DNA of 59,612 bases from Candidatus Binatia bacterium (GTDB lineage: Bacteria; Desulfobacterota; Binatia; UTPRO1). Within the stretch, counting starts at the first letter, position 1, and the number at the start of each line of letters is the position of its first letter. The position numbers and the translations under genes were made by a program. This document shows positions 9,203 through 18,991 of this stretch, piece by piece. The notes beneath the pieces are model-generated. The model saw only the letters and a program-made list of their open reading frames with translations, searched no databases and had not been told where the DNA came from. The DNA lies in the NCBI GenBank assembly GCA_041476145.1, contig JBGOSW010000002.1, positions 1 through 59,612 of the forward strand, in the 5' to 3' direction.

Positions 9203-9298
9203 CTACTCGCTGCGATAGGCCTGGAACGCGAGTCTCGCCAACACCCCGCCCGAGACGAACCAGAACAAAACGAAACCCAATAGCGACCACTTCAGCAT
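9203..9298 (-). CDS. possible 31-aa hydrophobic mini-protein
   Basis: ATG at 9296-9298 preceded by GAGGA. It translates as MLKWSLLGFVLFWFVSGGVLARLAFQAYRSE (one TM helix). It is below the ORF-track cut-off and was found by reading the minus strand. Confidence 0.3.
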   Translation of the reverse strand: MLKWSLLGFVLFWFVSGGVLARLAFQAYRSE

Positions 9299-9482
9299 CA
9301 GTCCTCGATCGGGGAAAACCCGCGTAGCTCTTGCGGAGAGGACGCGTCAAAACGCGCGACCTTCGATCCGCGCCGCTGAGCCGTATGCTCACGGGTCGAG
9401 GTGATCCCACCTTACGCGAGACGCCGGAGTACGCAAGGGGTGATGCTACCCATCGTCCCATTCCTGCCCGTGACGATCACCC

Positions 9483-9986
9483 CTACGCGGAAACTCGCGC
9501 AGTGCCCTTCTGAGCCTCGCCACGACCGGGCGCTCCCCTGGGATCACGACGACGTGGCCGCGCGTCCGCGCTGAGTACAGCGTCGCGCGTCGCCTCACGC
9601 CAGAGCATCTCCAGATCGAGGGGCAGCTGATGCAGCAGCCCCTCGACGATGCCCTCGGGCTCGGTGCCCTTGCCGAGAAAGCGCTGGAGCGTCGCGAACA
9701 CGGCGACCACCGCGTGCTCGGCCTCGGTGGCATTGAGTAGAGTGCCCCGTTGCATCACCTCGCCGAGAAATTCGAGCTGGCATCTCTGCGGAAGCTCTGC
9801 TGGTTGCGTGTTCGCCATCCAGAGACGCTTCAGGCGTAGCGGCAGTCGGGCGGCGATCCCCGACGATGTGGCGGGGGCAAGGCGGTCCCGAAGCTCTTGG
9901 AAAACGACGCCGGTGAGCGTCTGGGCGCGGCTTTGGTCGCTGTGTAGGTACGCAGCGACGTGGCGGAAAAACGTGGGCGCGTTCAT
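9483..9986 (-). CDS. DUF2267-like protein
   Basis: Start at MNAPTFFRHV (cat 9984-9986). Two-lobed helical pattern with repeated LP..L..LW motifs (LPLRLKRLW / LPLDLEMLW) as in DUF2267. Basic tail. Confidence 0.55.
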   Translation of the reverse strand: MNAPTFFRHVAAYLHSDQSRAQTLTGVVFQELRDRLAPATSSGIAARLPLRLKRLWMANTQPAELPQRCQLEFLGEVMQRGTLLNATEAEHAVVAVFATLQRFLGKGTEPEGIVEGLLHQLPLDLEMLWREATRDAVLSADARPRRRDPRGAPGRGEAQKGTARVSA

Positions 9987-10384
9987 GCTGCTTCCCTTTT
10001 GGACTGCGGTGAGCACGCGCGCGGCGGGGAGAGCGGTGGTGCGCGGGCGGTTCTTTGCGAAAGAAGACGGACCTGGACGGTTCCATTCCTACTCTCGCGA
10101 GGTTCGCGTGTCCAGAAAGGCCCGCTCGAATTCGGAGCAAGCGCGGCACGTAATGACCGCGAAACGCGGACGGTGATCGTGCTGGCGTTTCTCCAATCTG
10201 ACGACAGCGGCATTCGATCCGTCGCAGCGGCGAGAAATGTCGGGATGGCTGGGGAGCGGAGCCTTCGTCACCCCGACGGCAGCGGCGCGATCGTACCAGG
10301 GAACTGAGACAGAAACGTCCGGTGCGCCGTCTCTCTTCCAATTTCGATGGGACTTGGCGTGCGATATGCACCGGCCCTCGATCC

Positions 10385-10642
10385 ATGCTGACCGAAGACC
10401 ATCACCGACCCTCGGGTTCGGTCGATCGAACGAGACTGTTGGTCGCTACTCGTTGCGCACATTGCGGGACGATCGTGGACGAGGACCTCGATCTCGCCGC
10501 GCCGAACGTCCACCGGCTCCGGGACCATCTCCTCGGCTGTCCGGCGGCGCTTGCCGCGTGCTACCCGGTGTCGCCGATCTTCCGGGACAACGATGAGCTG
10601 CTGAAACACTTCATCGTCGAACGCAGGGCCGACGCCCCCTGA
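10385..10642 (+). CDS. hypothetical protein (85 aa, CxxC-containing)
   Basis: ATG at 10385. Moderately GC3-rich frame. No family recognised. Confidence 0.3.
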   Translation: MLTEDHHRPSGSVDRTRLLVATRCAHCGTIVDEDLDLAAPNVHRLRDHLLGCPAALAACYPVSPIFRDNDELLKHFIVERRADAP

Positions 10643-10727
10643 GCCCAGCGCGTCGGGGCGAGCCCGATTCGACGACGGGCTTGTCGCGATGCTATAGGCG
10701 CATCCTTCCCTTCTGACTTCAGAGCGC

Positions 10728-11519
10728 GTGGAGGATCGCGTGAGCGCAGTCGAATTCACCGCCCACAACATCCGACTCGACGATGGCGAGTTCACGAAAC
10801 CCGAGCTCTCGAGCGACATGTCCGTCGCACCCCGGTTCGTGTCTGCGAAGCGCGCCCTGGCGCTCGCTTGCCCCGGGGACAAGAGTCGCTACTCGATCCT
10901 CGATCTCGGCTGCCTGGAAGGTGGCTACAGCGTCGAGTTCGCGCGGATGGGATTTCGAGCCGTCGGCCTCGAGGTGCGCGCGAATAGCATCGCGGCCTGC
11001 CTATACGTCAAGTCCAGAGTCGATCTTCCGAACCTGTCCTTCGTGCAGGACGACGCGTGGAATGCGGAACGTCATGGCCAGTTCGACGCGGTTTTTTGCT
11101 GCGGGCTGCTGTACCACCTCGATCGGCCGCGTACCTTCATCCGCATGCTCTCCCGGCTTGCCACGCGCGTCGTGATCATTCAGACGCATTTCGCCACGGA
11201 AAAGCCGACGAACAAGTTCAATCTCTCGGACATGACCGAGCACGATCAGGCGGCCGGGCGATGGTATGGCGAGTTCGCGACGGTGCCGGATGCGGTGATC
11301 AAAGAGTCGAGCCGCTGGTCGTCGTGGGACAACACCAAGTCGTTCTGGCTCACCAAGGGGTGGATCCTCCAGGCGCTGAACGAGGGCGGCTTCGACATGG
11401 TCTTCGAGCAGTTCGACACCTTGGCGCCGACGATCGTCGACTCGATGAATACCGGGTACTATCAGCAAGAGGATCGCGGCACGTTCGTCGGCATTCGCAC
11501 GGACGCCGTCCGGCCGTAA
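10728..11519 (+). CDS. class I SAM-dependent methyltransferase
   Basis: Motif I ILDLGCLEGGYS and post-I/II motifs (FDAVFCCGLLYHL). GTG at 10728. An alternative GTG at 10740 sits better behind GGAGGA (10731-10736). Confidence 0.8.
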   Translation: MEDRVSAVEFTAHNIRLDDGEFTKPELSSDMSVAPRFVSAKRALALACPGDKSRYSILDLGCLEGGYSVEFARMGFRAVGLEVRANSIAACLYVKSRVDLPNLSFVQDDAWNAERHGQFDAVFCCGLLYHLDRPRTFIRMLSRLATRVVIIQTHFATEKPTNKFNLSDMTEHDQAAGRWYGEFATVPDAVIKESSRWSSWDNTKSFWLTKGWILQALNEGGFDMVFEQFDTLAPTIVDSMNTGYYQQEDRGTFVGIRTDAVRP

Positions 11520-11576
11520 CGCACCCGGTACGTAAAACGTCTGAGCGGATGGAGGGCGAGCCGTCGCGTGACGCGC

Positions 11577-13043
11577 TCAGCCGCGCGACGAGGTGTGGAC
11601 CCGCCGGTCGCGCGGCGACAAAATGGGTGGCGCGGGTTGCGTGAACGGCCACCACCGTCGCCGGGGTTGCGAAGAGGAGATGCCCGCCGCATGCGTCGCA
11701 TCGGGTGGTCGCATCGGCAACCGCATCGTGACCGTCGTGCCTTCCGCGACCGCACTCAGGATCTCCACGGTGCCCCCGTGCGCTTCGACGATGCCCTTGA
11801 CGATGAAGAGCCCGAGCCCCGAGCCATTGCTGCGGCTGCGCGGCGAGAGGGTGCGGTATTTCTCGAACGCGTCGGGCAGCTCGTGCGAGGCCATGCCGGG
11901 ACCGTCGTCCGCGACGGCGAGGACGATGTCCTCTCCCGCGCGAGAGAGAAACAGCGTGACGGTGCCGCCCGCGGGCGTGAACTTGATGGCGTTGCCGACC
12001 ACGTTGGCGATTACGCGTTCCATCTGCACCCCGTCGAGATGGGCGACGGGGAGATCCGACGCGATCCTGCATCGCAGCGTGACACCTTTCAGGTCGCTGG
12101 CGGTGCGCGCATACAGGAGGCTGTCTTCGACGACATCCGCGACGTTCACCGGGTCGCGATGCAGGACCAGGTGCCCGGCGTTGATGCGCTCGGCGTCGAT
12201 GAGGTTGAGCGCAAAGTTGCCGACGTGCCGCGTGCTGGCGTGAATGAGGCGGATGATGTCGATTTGCTCCTCGTTCAGCTCCCCGACACCACCGTCGAGC
12301 AGGAGGGTGGCCATGGACTGCACCACGCCGAGCGGGTTCTTGAGGTCGTGACTGATGCCGGAGAGAGTCTCCATGCGACGTCCGTGCGCGCGGGCCTCTT
12401 CAGCTTCGCGCTCACGATCCCGTACATCTTTCACCAGATAACCGAAGAACATGGCGACGACGAAAAGGAACGGGACGCGGAGGATGTAGGCTGGACTCAC
12501 GAGGTGCCCGAAACCCACGAGACGCGACTCGGTGTACAAGTGCACGATACTGATCAGGACCGCAGCGCCGACGACAAGGAGCAAGCGCTCGGTGAGGGCG
12601 CTGACGAAGATCACCAGGAAATAGACGACGAATATCTCGCTGGTCGGCGCGCCCGTGAGTGCCAGCCCGAGGGAGACCATGAGCGTATCGAAGAGGACGA
12701 CGCTGATGTCGAAGGCGGACTGCGAAGGAAAGTACGGCAGCAGCTCGGTGAGGAGGATGTTGGACCCAAAATATGCCGCGACATACAACGCCGCGCTCGC
12801 CGGATTCTGGTCGAGCGATCGGCTGAACACCACCAGATACGAGGTGGCGATGATCAGTACCCAACGCAACAAGAGTACGGCCTGCGTCGTGTTGGGGGTG
12901 CTATCTGCGCGCGGCGACGTGCCTGCGATTCCCACGGCGTTCACGAATCCAAGGTTGGTCTGCACCCAGCGTGCCACGCGTTTGCGCATGAGGGCTGCAT
13001 GGCACCGCGCAAACGTCTGGGTGCGGCGAATGCGTATCGTCAC
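11577..13043 (-). CDS. membrane sensor histidine kinase
   Basis: About 6 N-terminal TM helices, then an H-box (SGISHDLKNPL), N-box (NVVGNAIKFT), and G1/G2 boxes (DDGPGM, GSGLGLFIVKG). The exact start is uncertain (alternative MRKRV at 12989). Confidence 0.85.
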   Translation of the reverse strand: MTIRIRRTQTFARCHAALMRKRVARWVQTNLGFVNAVGIAGTSPRADSTPNTTQAVLLLRWVLIIATSYLVVFSRSLDQNPASAALYVAAYFGSNILLTELLPYFPSQSAFDISVVLFDTLMVSLGLALTGAPTSEIFVVYFLVIFVSALTERLLLVVGAAVLISIVHLYTESRLVGFGHLVSPAYILRVPFLFVVAMFFGYLVKDVRDREREAEEARAHGRRMETLSGISHDLKNPLGVVQSMATLLLDGGVGELNEEQIDIIRLIHASTRHVGNFALNLIDAERINAGHLVLHRDPVNVADVVEDSLLYARTASDLKGVTLRCRIASDLPVAHLDGVQMERVIANVVGNAIKFTPAGGTVTLFLSRAGEDIVLAVADDGPGMASHELPDAFEKYRTLSPRSRSNGSGLGLFIVKGIVEAHGGTVEILSAVAEGTTVTMRLPMRPPDATHAAGISSSQPRRRWWPFTQPAPPILSPRDRRVHTSSRG

Positions 13044-13225
13044 CTCGGGCCGATACGAGATCGCACTACCCCGGAACGTACCTGTGGGTACACATCGGAT
13101 TTGGCCGGCGATCGTGCAGCTCGAAGCGACGCGTCACTACTCTGTCGATCGCTCAATATGTGACTCTTGGAACGTCGTCGTGCCGGGGTGACGGAGGCGT
13201 CGAGAAAGCCGCGCAGGGAACTCCT

Positions 13226-13828
13226 TCAGCACCCTCGATCCGATCCGACCAACCGGGGGACGAAACGTCCGATACGCCGCCCGTAGGTCTCGTACGCCGT
13301 CCCGAACGTGGAGACCAAGAGTCGCTCTTCCGCAGACGCTTGCACGAAGCTCCCCACCCACGCGATCGGCCAGAGCGCCAGCAGCAGCACATTGAGCGTT
13401 CCCAGGGCTGCCCCGAGCCAGAGCGCGAGATCGCCGGAGTATGCAGGGTGACGGACGAAGCGAAAGGGACCAGCGGTGACCAGCGCATGGTCTTGGTGAA
13501 TGACCGCCTGCGGCACAAGGAAGCGCCCCAGAGCGGCCGCGACCCAAAGAAGCATCACCGCCGCGTAGACACTCAGCAGGAAACCGAAAAGCCGAACGGG
13601 AAGCCAATCCGCGTGGATCTCGCCGACGCGAAGAAGGATGAACAGCGGCGGCAGAACCCAATCGAAGGGCAGAAAGAGCGCCGGGAGGAATCGGCGGAGG
13701 TCCGTGACGCGGCGCTGGACCGCGTGGACAGCAAAGGCCGCCGGCAAGACCTTCGCGATCAAGACGAGGACTCCCGCGCCGTAGAACGCCAGGAACCAGA
13801 GCCGGAGCGCCTCGCTCATATTCGCCAA
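13226..13828 (-). CDS. isoprenylcysteine carboxyl methyltransferase (ICMT/PEMT) family membrane protein
   Basis: Polytopic. C-terminal motif LVTAGPFRFVRHPAYSG...EERLL..FG..Y..Y is typical of the ICMT family. Confidence 0.75.
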   Translation of the reverse strand: MANMSEALRLWFLAFYGAGVLVLIAKVLPAAFAVHAVQRRVTDLRRFLPALFLPFDWVLPPLFILLRVGEIHADWLPVRLFGFLLSVYAAVMLLWVAAALGRFLVPQAVIHQDHALVTAGPFRFVRHPAYSGDLALWLGAALGTLNVLLLALWPIAWVGSFVQASAEERLLVSTFGTAYETYGRRIGRFVPRLVGSDRGC

Positions 13829-13902
13829 CTGGCCCTCCTCGCTACCGGTTCACGACGGATCGTACCCGCCGAGACCGCCGCAAGACGGCGCTTTCCGAAT
13901 CG

Positions 13903-14307
13903 TCAGGCCACCAGCTCCCCGATCATGTAGAGGAAGAGCGCCACCTGGATGGTGAAGAAGCTGCCGCGGACGAACACGAGCCAGTGGTTCACGCCGATCA
14001 AGTGGACGGTGCTCTGCGCGAGGCGCGCCCCGAGCACGTACGACGCCACATGGTCCGCCACCGGCGCCCTGCCGAGCGCGTACGCCGACAGCACGATCGC
14101 CGCGAACACCGGCAGGTTCTCCACGCAGTTCATGTGCGCGTTCTGCGCACGGACGATGAACCCCGGGTCTTCGCTCGGTCGGCCGCGCGTCCACGAGTCG
14201 GCGCGCTTCCGTCCCGCGAGGACGAGACCAGTGCGATAGAAGACGTAGGTGAGCATGAGCACCAGCGTCCATGCGGCGAAGAGCAGCAGGGCGGCGATTC
14301 CGGTCAT
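13903..14307 (-). CDS. MAPEG family membrane protein
   Basis: Start is ATG 14305-14307 behind GGAGGG. 134 aa with 4 TM helices. Contains the RAQNAHMNCVENLPVF motif. Confidence 0.7.
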   Translation of the reverse strand: MTGIAALLLFAAWTLVLMLTYVFYRTGLVLAGRKRADSWTRGRPSEDPGFIVRAQNAHMNCVENLPVFAAIVLSAYALGRAPVADHVASYVLGARLAQSTVHLIGVNHWLVFVRGSFFTIQVALFLYMIGELVA

Positions 14308-14619
14308 TTGTTCCCTCCTCTCACAGCCTGTCGTTCGCTGCCGACTACGGCATACCCGCGGCGGACTCAAGGGAACGCGCGAGGCCGCAAGCGGCAGTCG
14401 GCGCGCACGCACAAACGCTGAACATTCAAACGTTCACCGCCCAGTCAGACCGACCCCTGCTGGCCGCTGTCGGCGAGTGTTCACGGACAGAACACGGGCA
14501 AACAAAGCGCGAACATGGCGTCCCTGTCCATCGATTTTGCTAGACACTCAAGTAGTCTTGGTGAGAGGCTCGCCGCATACAGTCCGGCGCTTGGGCGCCC
14601 GTAGCAGGAGGACAAGCTC

Positions 14620-15348
14620 ATGGATCGCCGTTACGCCGTCTTTACCGTCGTCGTTCTCGCCTTCGTACTCACGGTCGTCCCGCATCCGGTCGATGCCCAA
14701 ACCTCTGTCACCTCGTGCGGTCAATCGTTTCGGGGGGCGGGGGTCCTTGCCGGGGATCTGGACTGTTCTGGATTCACCGGTCATGCGGTCACTATCGAAA
14801 GGGGGAAATTGGACCTTCAAGGGTTCACGATCAGCGGAAGCACGGGGTACGGAGTGTCGTGTCCCTCCAATTGCAAGATCGTAGGTCCGGGCACAATCAC
14901 GGGAAGCCGCCTTCAGGGTGTTCGGGCCGCAAGAGGCGTCAAGCTCTTCAATGTGACGATCACGAATAGCGGTAACTCCGGCGTCGACGCCTCGAACAAT
15001 AAGGGCACGTCCAAGGCACTCCTCAAAGGCTGCACGATCACCGGTAATGCGAATTTCGGCGTCGAGGCTGACAAGAGTGTCGGCGCAACGGCGAGTACGA
15101 TATCCGGCAACGGTACAGGTGGAGTTGCCGCGGGGCCGAACCGAGGATGCAACGCCGGACATGTTGCCCTCAAGGACTCCACGGTCACCGGAAACGGCAC
15201 CGATGGCTCGTGCGGCGTCGCGTTCTCCTGCGCGGACGTGCAGGTCTGTCGGAAGAAACCCAAATTGATCGGCACATCCACGTGCGACCATAGCTGCAAG
15301 ACAAGCGCGGTCCCTTGCGATGTCTGGGGCGTGTGCGCGCTCGATTGA
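14620..15348 (+). CDS. secreted right-handed parallel beta-helix repeat protein, Cys-rich
   Basis: Signal peptide (VVVLAFVLTVVPHPVDA). Reiterated short T-I-T/S-G-N turns (VTITNSGNSG, CTITGNANFG, STISGNGTGG, STVTGNGTDG). Confidence 0.7.
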   Translation: MDRRYAVFTVVVLAFVLTVVPHPVDAQTSVTSCGQSFRGAGVLAGDLDCSGFTGHAVTIERGKLDLQGFTISGSTGYGVSCPSNCKIVGPGTITGSRLQGVRAARGVKLFNVTITNSGNSGVDASNNKGTSKALLKGCTITGNANFGVEADKSVGATASTISGNGTGGVAAGPNRGCNAGHVALKDSTVTGNGTDGSCGVAFSCADVQVCRKKPKLIGTSTCDHSCKTSAVPCDVWGVCALD

Positions 15349-15435
15349 GAGCCGCGCCCGCGCAATCTCGGATAGGACTTCGCCGAGTCCTAGTCCATCA
15401 GATTCTCGGACACGTGGCCGAGTCTTGCTCGATGA

Positions 15436-15647
15436 CGGTCGCATGTAGGCACGCCATTTCTTTCGGATAGCGGCCCGCCCGAGAAGATCGCGATGGTGTT
15501 CACGGGCACAAGACGCGCTCGGTCTTCGACCGCTACAGCATCGTGAGCGAGGACGACTTGGTGGTCGCGGCTGATCGCACGCTCGACTACGTGGCGGAGA
15601 AGCGGCGCGAGTCTCACGTCTCACCCCGCGCCTTCGCATCGACGTAG
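15436..15647 (+). pseudogene. tyrosine recombinase (phage integrase) C-terminal remnant, frameshifted
   Basis: Two adjoining frames read PEKIAMVFTG and HKTRSVFDRYSIVSEDDL. Joined, they give the canonical integrase C-terminus (..GHKTRSVFDRY.I..) containing the catalytic Tyr. There is no N-terminal part. The shift is near 15505. Confidence 0.6.
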
Positions 15648-15727
15648 CGGCCCGTGCGAGCGTCACACTCTTGGACACAGGGGCGCGACCCTCCACCGCC
15701 GTGGGCCGCACGGGCTCAAGGGTCTGA

Positions 15728-15967
15728 TCATCGATCAGCAGACGATTCCGCCAAACGGGCGACCGCGTCGCGGATCCAATCGACGAGCTGCTCGACGGAC
15801 TCGAACAGCGCGGCGGTTCCCGACACGATGTGCTCGATCCGACCGCTGACGACGCCGCGGGCCGGATCCGCATCGGCGCGCAGCTGCACGACGAACGCAC
15901 GCTCGGCCGGCAGTGCCGCGCGACTGGGGGCTTCGGATTGCACCGTCGCTTTCGTGGGCTTCGGCAT
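15728..15967 (-). CDS. small conserved hypothetical protein (79 aa)
   Basis: GC3-rich ORF immediately downstream of the large regulator on the same strand. Contains the FVVQLRADADPARGVVSGRIEHIVSG pattern. Confidence 0.5.
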   Translation of the reverse strand: MPKPTKATVQSEAPSRAALPAERAFVVQLRADADPARGVVSGRIEHIVSGTAALFESVEQLVDWIRDAVARLAESSADR

Positions 15968-16051
15968 CGGCTAGCACCGATGGCGCGGACTCTACGAGAC
16001 CTGGGGCGTGACCACGAGTCCCTGTCGGTAAAGATCGCGGTAAAGATTGAT

Positions 16052-18991
16052 CTACCGGCCGAGGTCGGCGAGCAGCCCCCGCGCCGCGGCGATCTCCGGG
16101 GCGGCAGGTCGGGCGTCGACGAAGGGGGCATGGGCGGCGACGAGCAGCGCGCGCGCCTCGGTCGCGCGCCTGTTCTTCCGGCAGAGGCGCGCGAGCGCCA
16201 CCGCCGCGCGGAGCTCGACCAGGCGCGCCCCCTGGGCGCGGGCGACGTCGAGCGCGCGTCGGAGGCACTCCTCCGCCGCGCGTGATGCGGTCCGCGACGA
16301 GGCGCTGGCGACGAGCAAATCGCTCTTCCCGATTAGCAGCCCCGCTTCGTGCACGCGCTCGCCGGTCCGCTCGACCTCGGTGAGGGCCTCGTCGATTCGC
16401 TGGGCTGCCGACTCGCCCTGCCCCTCGATCGCGTCGGCGGCGGCAAGCATCCCGAGATAGGCCGGCCGGACGAGTCTCGCGCCCGTCGCGTCGACTCCCG
16501 CCACCCCCTGACGGAGCAGCGGGACGCCGATGGCGGCGTTCCCCTGCATGATCAGCGCCCACCCCTGATCCACGGTGGCCATTCCGAACACGTAGGGGAA
16601 GCCGTGCTCCGCGGCGAGGCGAACGGCCTCGGCCGACAGCGCCTCGGACGTCGCCCAATCGCTGAATATCTGCCGCGAGATGGCGGCCGCGTGGCATGCC
16701 CACGCCAGCGAGAACGCGTCGCCCAGGCGGCGCGCGTGCTCGAGGCCCTCGCGATCGCGGGATGCCGCTTCGTCCAAGCGGCCCATCAGCGCGAGCGTCC
16801 ACGCCAGCCAGAGCGAGCACGCCACACCCGGATCGTAACCCCCGTACACGAGCGCGTGCTCCCGATGCGTCGCCGGATCGTAATCCAGGAGAGCCGTTTC
16901 GAGGTGGGCGCGAGCCGGGTCGAGCGCACCCATGTGGAACAACGTCGCGCCGTGTCCGTAGTGCGCCTGCACCCGCAGGGCGCGGTCGTTGCGACGACTC
17001 GCGGCGTGACGGAGGAGCAGCTCGCCGAGCCCGTGGGCGTCGTCCAACGCGGCACGAACCTGGTGATAGGACACGAGGCCGCGCAGCACGGGGTACCGCG
17101 CCGGACTCGCGGGCAACGCGTCGCACAGCGTCCGCGCGCGCGCGAATGCCCGCTCCGTCTCCGGCGCCGCGTATCCCCGGATCGCCATGAGGAGCGTCGC
17201 GCGCGCGACGACGAGGCCGAGCTCGCGCTCCTCCCGATCGGGCGCGTCGGCCGCGTCCGCGAGGCCATCGAGCGCGGCGGCGAAGTGCGCGAGGGCCTCG
17301 TGCGCGGCGTTGCGGTCGAGCGCCGCGGACGCGGCCAGCTCGTGGTAGGCGACCGCGCGCCCCCAATCGTGGCCGCGAGCGAAGTGCATCGCGAGCTGGC
17401 TCGCGCGCTCGCCGGCGCGCGCGCCGAAGCCGCCCTCCTCGCGGAGCCCGATGGCGCGATGCAGGCGGATGCGACGCGACTGGGCAATGCTCTCGTAGAG
17501 AACGTGCCGGTACAGCGCGTGCAGGAAGCGGTAGCGACCGCTGATCGACCCGTCGGGCCATTCCGCGATCCCGGCCTCGGCGATGAGCGCGCCCTGTGCC
17601 GCGACCTCCTCGCAGAGATCCTCGAGCGTCTCGGCGTCGTCGCCCACGGCCGCCGCGACGGAGGCGACCGCGAACTCGTCGCCGCAGACGCTCGCGGCTT
17701 CGAGCGCACGACGCGTCGCCGGCGCGAGACCCTTCAGGCGGCGCCCGATGAGCTCCACCAACCCGAGCGGTATCCGATCGGTCGCCTGCTCGATCGATCC
17801 CTCGACCCGCCAGTGTCCGTCGCGCTGGACGAGTAACCCCCTGACGACGAGGTCGTTCACCACGTTGACCATGAAGAGCGCGTTGCCCTCGGTCCGCGCG
17901 AAGATGCGCGCCGCGAGCCGCCGGATCTCGTCGGAGGGCTCCAAACCGAACCGGGCGCCCAGATACGCCGTCACGTCCGTGACCGAGAGGAGCTCGAGGG
18001 TCACGTCCATGCACTGTCCGTTCGCCTGCAGCTCCTGCTTCACGAGGCGGAGCGGGTGATCGTGGACGATCACGTCGGCGGACCTCAGGGTGGCGATCAC
18101 CATCAGCCGGCTTGGCTGGCGGCGCCGGGCGATGCACGCGACCAGGTCGACGGTCGAGGGGTCGCTCCACTGGAGGTCCTCCAGCACCAGCACGAGCGCG
18201 CGCCGCTGCGTGAAGACCTCGAGGGTGTCGGCCATCTCGCGGAGCATGCGCGCCGGCGCCGTGGCGAGGGTCGCACCCTGACGGGCGCCCGCCGTCGGGC
18301 GCTCCTCGACAGCCGGAAGCAGGGACACCCACGTGGGCGCGTGCTGTTGCAGGACGTCACGAAGGTCGTGGGTGCCGTCTTCGCGCACCAACCCGCCGAG
18401 CGCCTCGAGCACCGGGAGGTATGCTTCGCTCTCCCCGTACTGCTCGAGACACTGCCCGCGCGCGATCGCGGTGCGCCCGCTACGTTCCAGCTCCTCGACG
18501 AAGCGATCGATCAGCGTCGTCTTGCCGATCCCCGCCTCGCCGGCCACGAACACGATTTGGCGCGCGCCGTCGAGCGCTCGCTCGAACGCGGCGCGTAGCA
18601 GCGCGAGATCGTCCCCGCGCCCGACCATCACCGTCGCCGGGGCGGCGGCGCGGCCGGACGATGCGAACCGGAGTCCGGCGGCCTCGTTCCCGATGAAGCG
18701 ATAGCCCTCGCGTCCGACCGTCTCGATGTAGCGGGGGGCGTCGGCGTCGTCGTCGAGCGCTTCGCGAATCGCTCGCACGGCCACCTTCAGCACCGCCTTG
18801 GTCACGAACGTGCCGGCCCAAACGTTCGCGATGAGTTCGTCCCGGCCGACCACCGTGCCGGGTCGCGCGACTAGATAGTAGAGGACGGCGAGAGGACGCG
18901 GCTGGAGCCGTACGGGATCGTCGCCTTTGCAGAGGCGTGGCCCGTCAGGGTCGAGTCGGTAGGGGCCAAAGGAAATCGTGGGCTGCGTCAC
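16052..18991 (-). CDS. large transcriptional regulator: OmpR/PhoB-type winged-helix DNA-binding domain + AAA (AAA_16/STAND-like) ATPase + TPR-like helical repeats
   Basis: N-terminus FGPYRLDP...RLQPRPLAVLYYL...GYRF (trans_reg_C). Walker A GEAGIGKT and Walker B LVLVLEDLQWSD. A long helical repeat tail follows. Start set at the GTG (18989-18991) behind AGGAAA; the ORF is open up to the ATG at 19075. Confidence 0.85.
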   Translation of the reverse strand: MTQPTISFGPYRLDPDGPRLCKGDDPVRLQPRPLAVLYYLVARPGTVVGRDELIANVWAGTFVTKAVLKVAVRAIREALDDDADAPRYIETVGREGYRFIGNEAAGLRFASSGRAAAPATVMVGRGDDLALLRAAFERALDGARQIVFVAGEAGIGKTTLIDRFVEELERSGRTAIARGQCLEQYGESEAYLPVLEALGGLVREDGTHDLRDVLQQHAPTWVSLLPAVEERPTAGARQGATLATAPARMLREMADTLEVFTQRRALVLVLEDLQWSDPSTVDLVACIARRRQPSRLMVIATLRSADVIVHDHPLRLVKQELQANGQCMDVTLELLSVTDVTAYLGARFGLEPSDEIRRLAARIFARTEGNALFMVNVVNDLVVRGLLVQRDGHWRVEGSIEQATDRIPLGLVELIGRRLKGLAPATRRALEAASVCGDEFAVASVAAAVGDDAETLEDLCEEVAAQGALIAEAGIAEWPDGSISGRYRFLHALYRHVLYESIAQSRRIRLHRAIGLREEGGFGARAGERASQLAMHFARGHDWGRAVAYHELAASAALDRNAAHEALAHFAAALDGLADAADAPDREERELGLVVARATLLMAIRGYAAPETERAFARARTLCDALPASPARYPVLRGLVSYHQVRAALDDAHGLGELLLRHAASRRNDRALRVQAHYGHGATLFHMGALDPARAHLETALLDYDPATHREHALVYGGYDPGVACSLWLAWTLALMGRLDEAASRDREGLEHARRLGDAFSLAWACHAAAISRQIFSDWATSEALSAEAVRLAAEHGFPYVFGMATVDQGWALIMQGNAAIGVPLLRQGVAGVDATGARLVRPAYLGMLAAADAIEGQGESAAQRIDEALTEVERTGERVHEAGLLIGKSDLLVASASSRTASRAAEECLRRALDVARAQGARLVELRAAVALARLCRKNRRATEARALLVAAHAPFVDARPAAPEIAAARGLLADLGR

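Noticed and set aside
15373-15392. 7-bp hairpin TAGGACT-N6-AGTCCTA after the beta-helix gene as a terminator
   Set aside because: The stem is short, there is no U-tract, and the predicted stability is low. This is not enough to call a terminator.
15735-18332. 865-aa ORF on the minus strand
   Set aside because: It is an alternative frame of the wHTH-AAA-TPR regulator. It is extremely Arg/Gly/Pro-rich, while the other frame carries clean Walker A/B and winged-helix motifs.
16052-18991. STAND-like ATPase next to an integrase remnant as an Avs/NLR-type defence gene
   Set aside because: The N-terminal domain is an OmpR/PhoB-type DNA-binding winged helix rather than a nuclease, protease or TIR effector. 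The architecture matches a common family of large transcriptional regulators.
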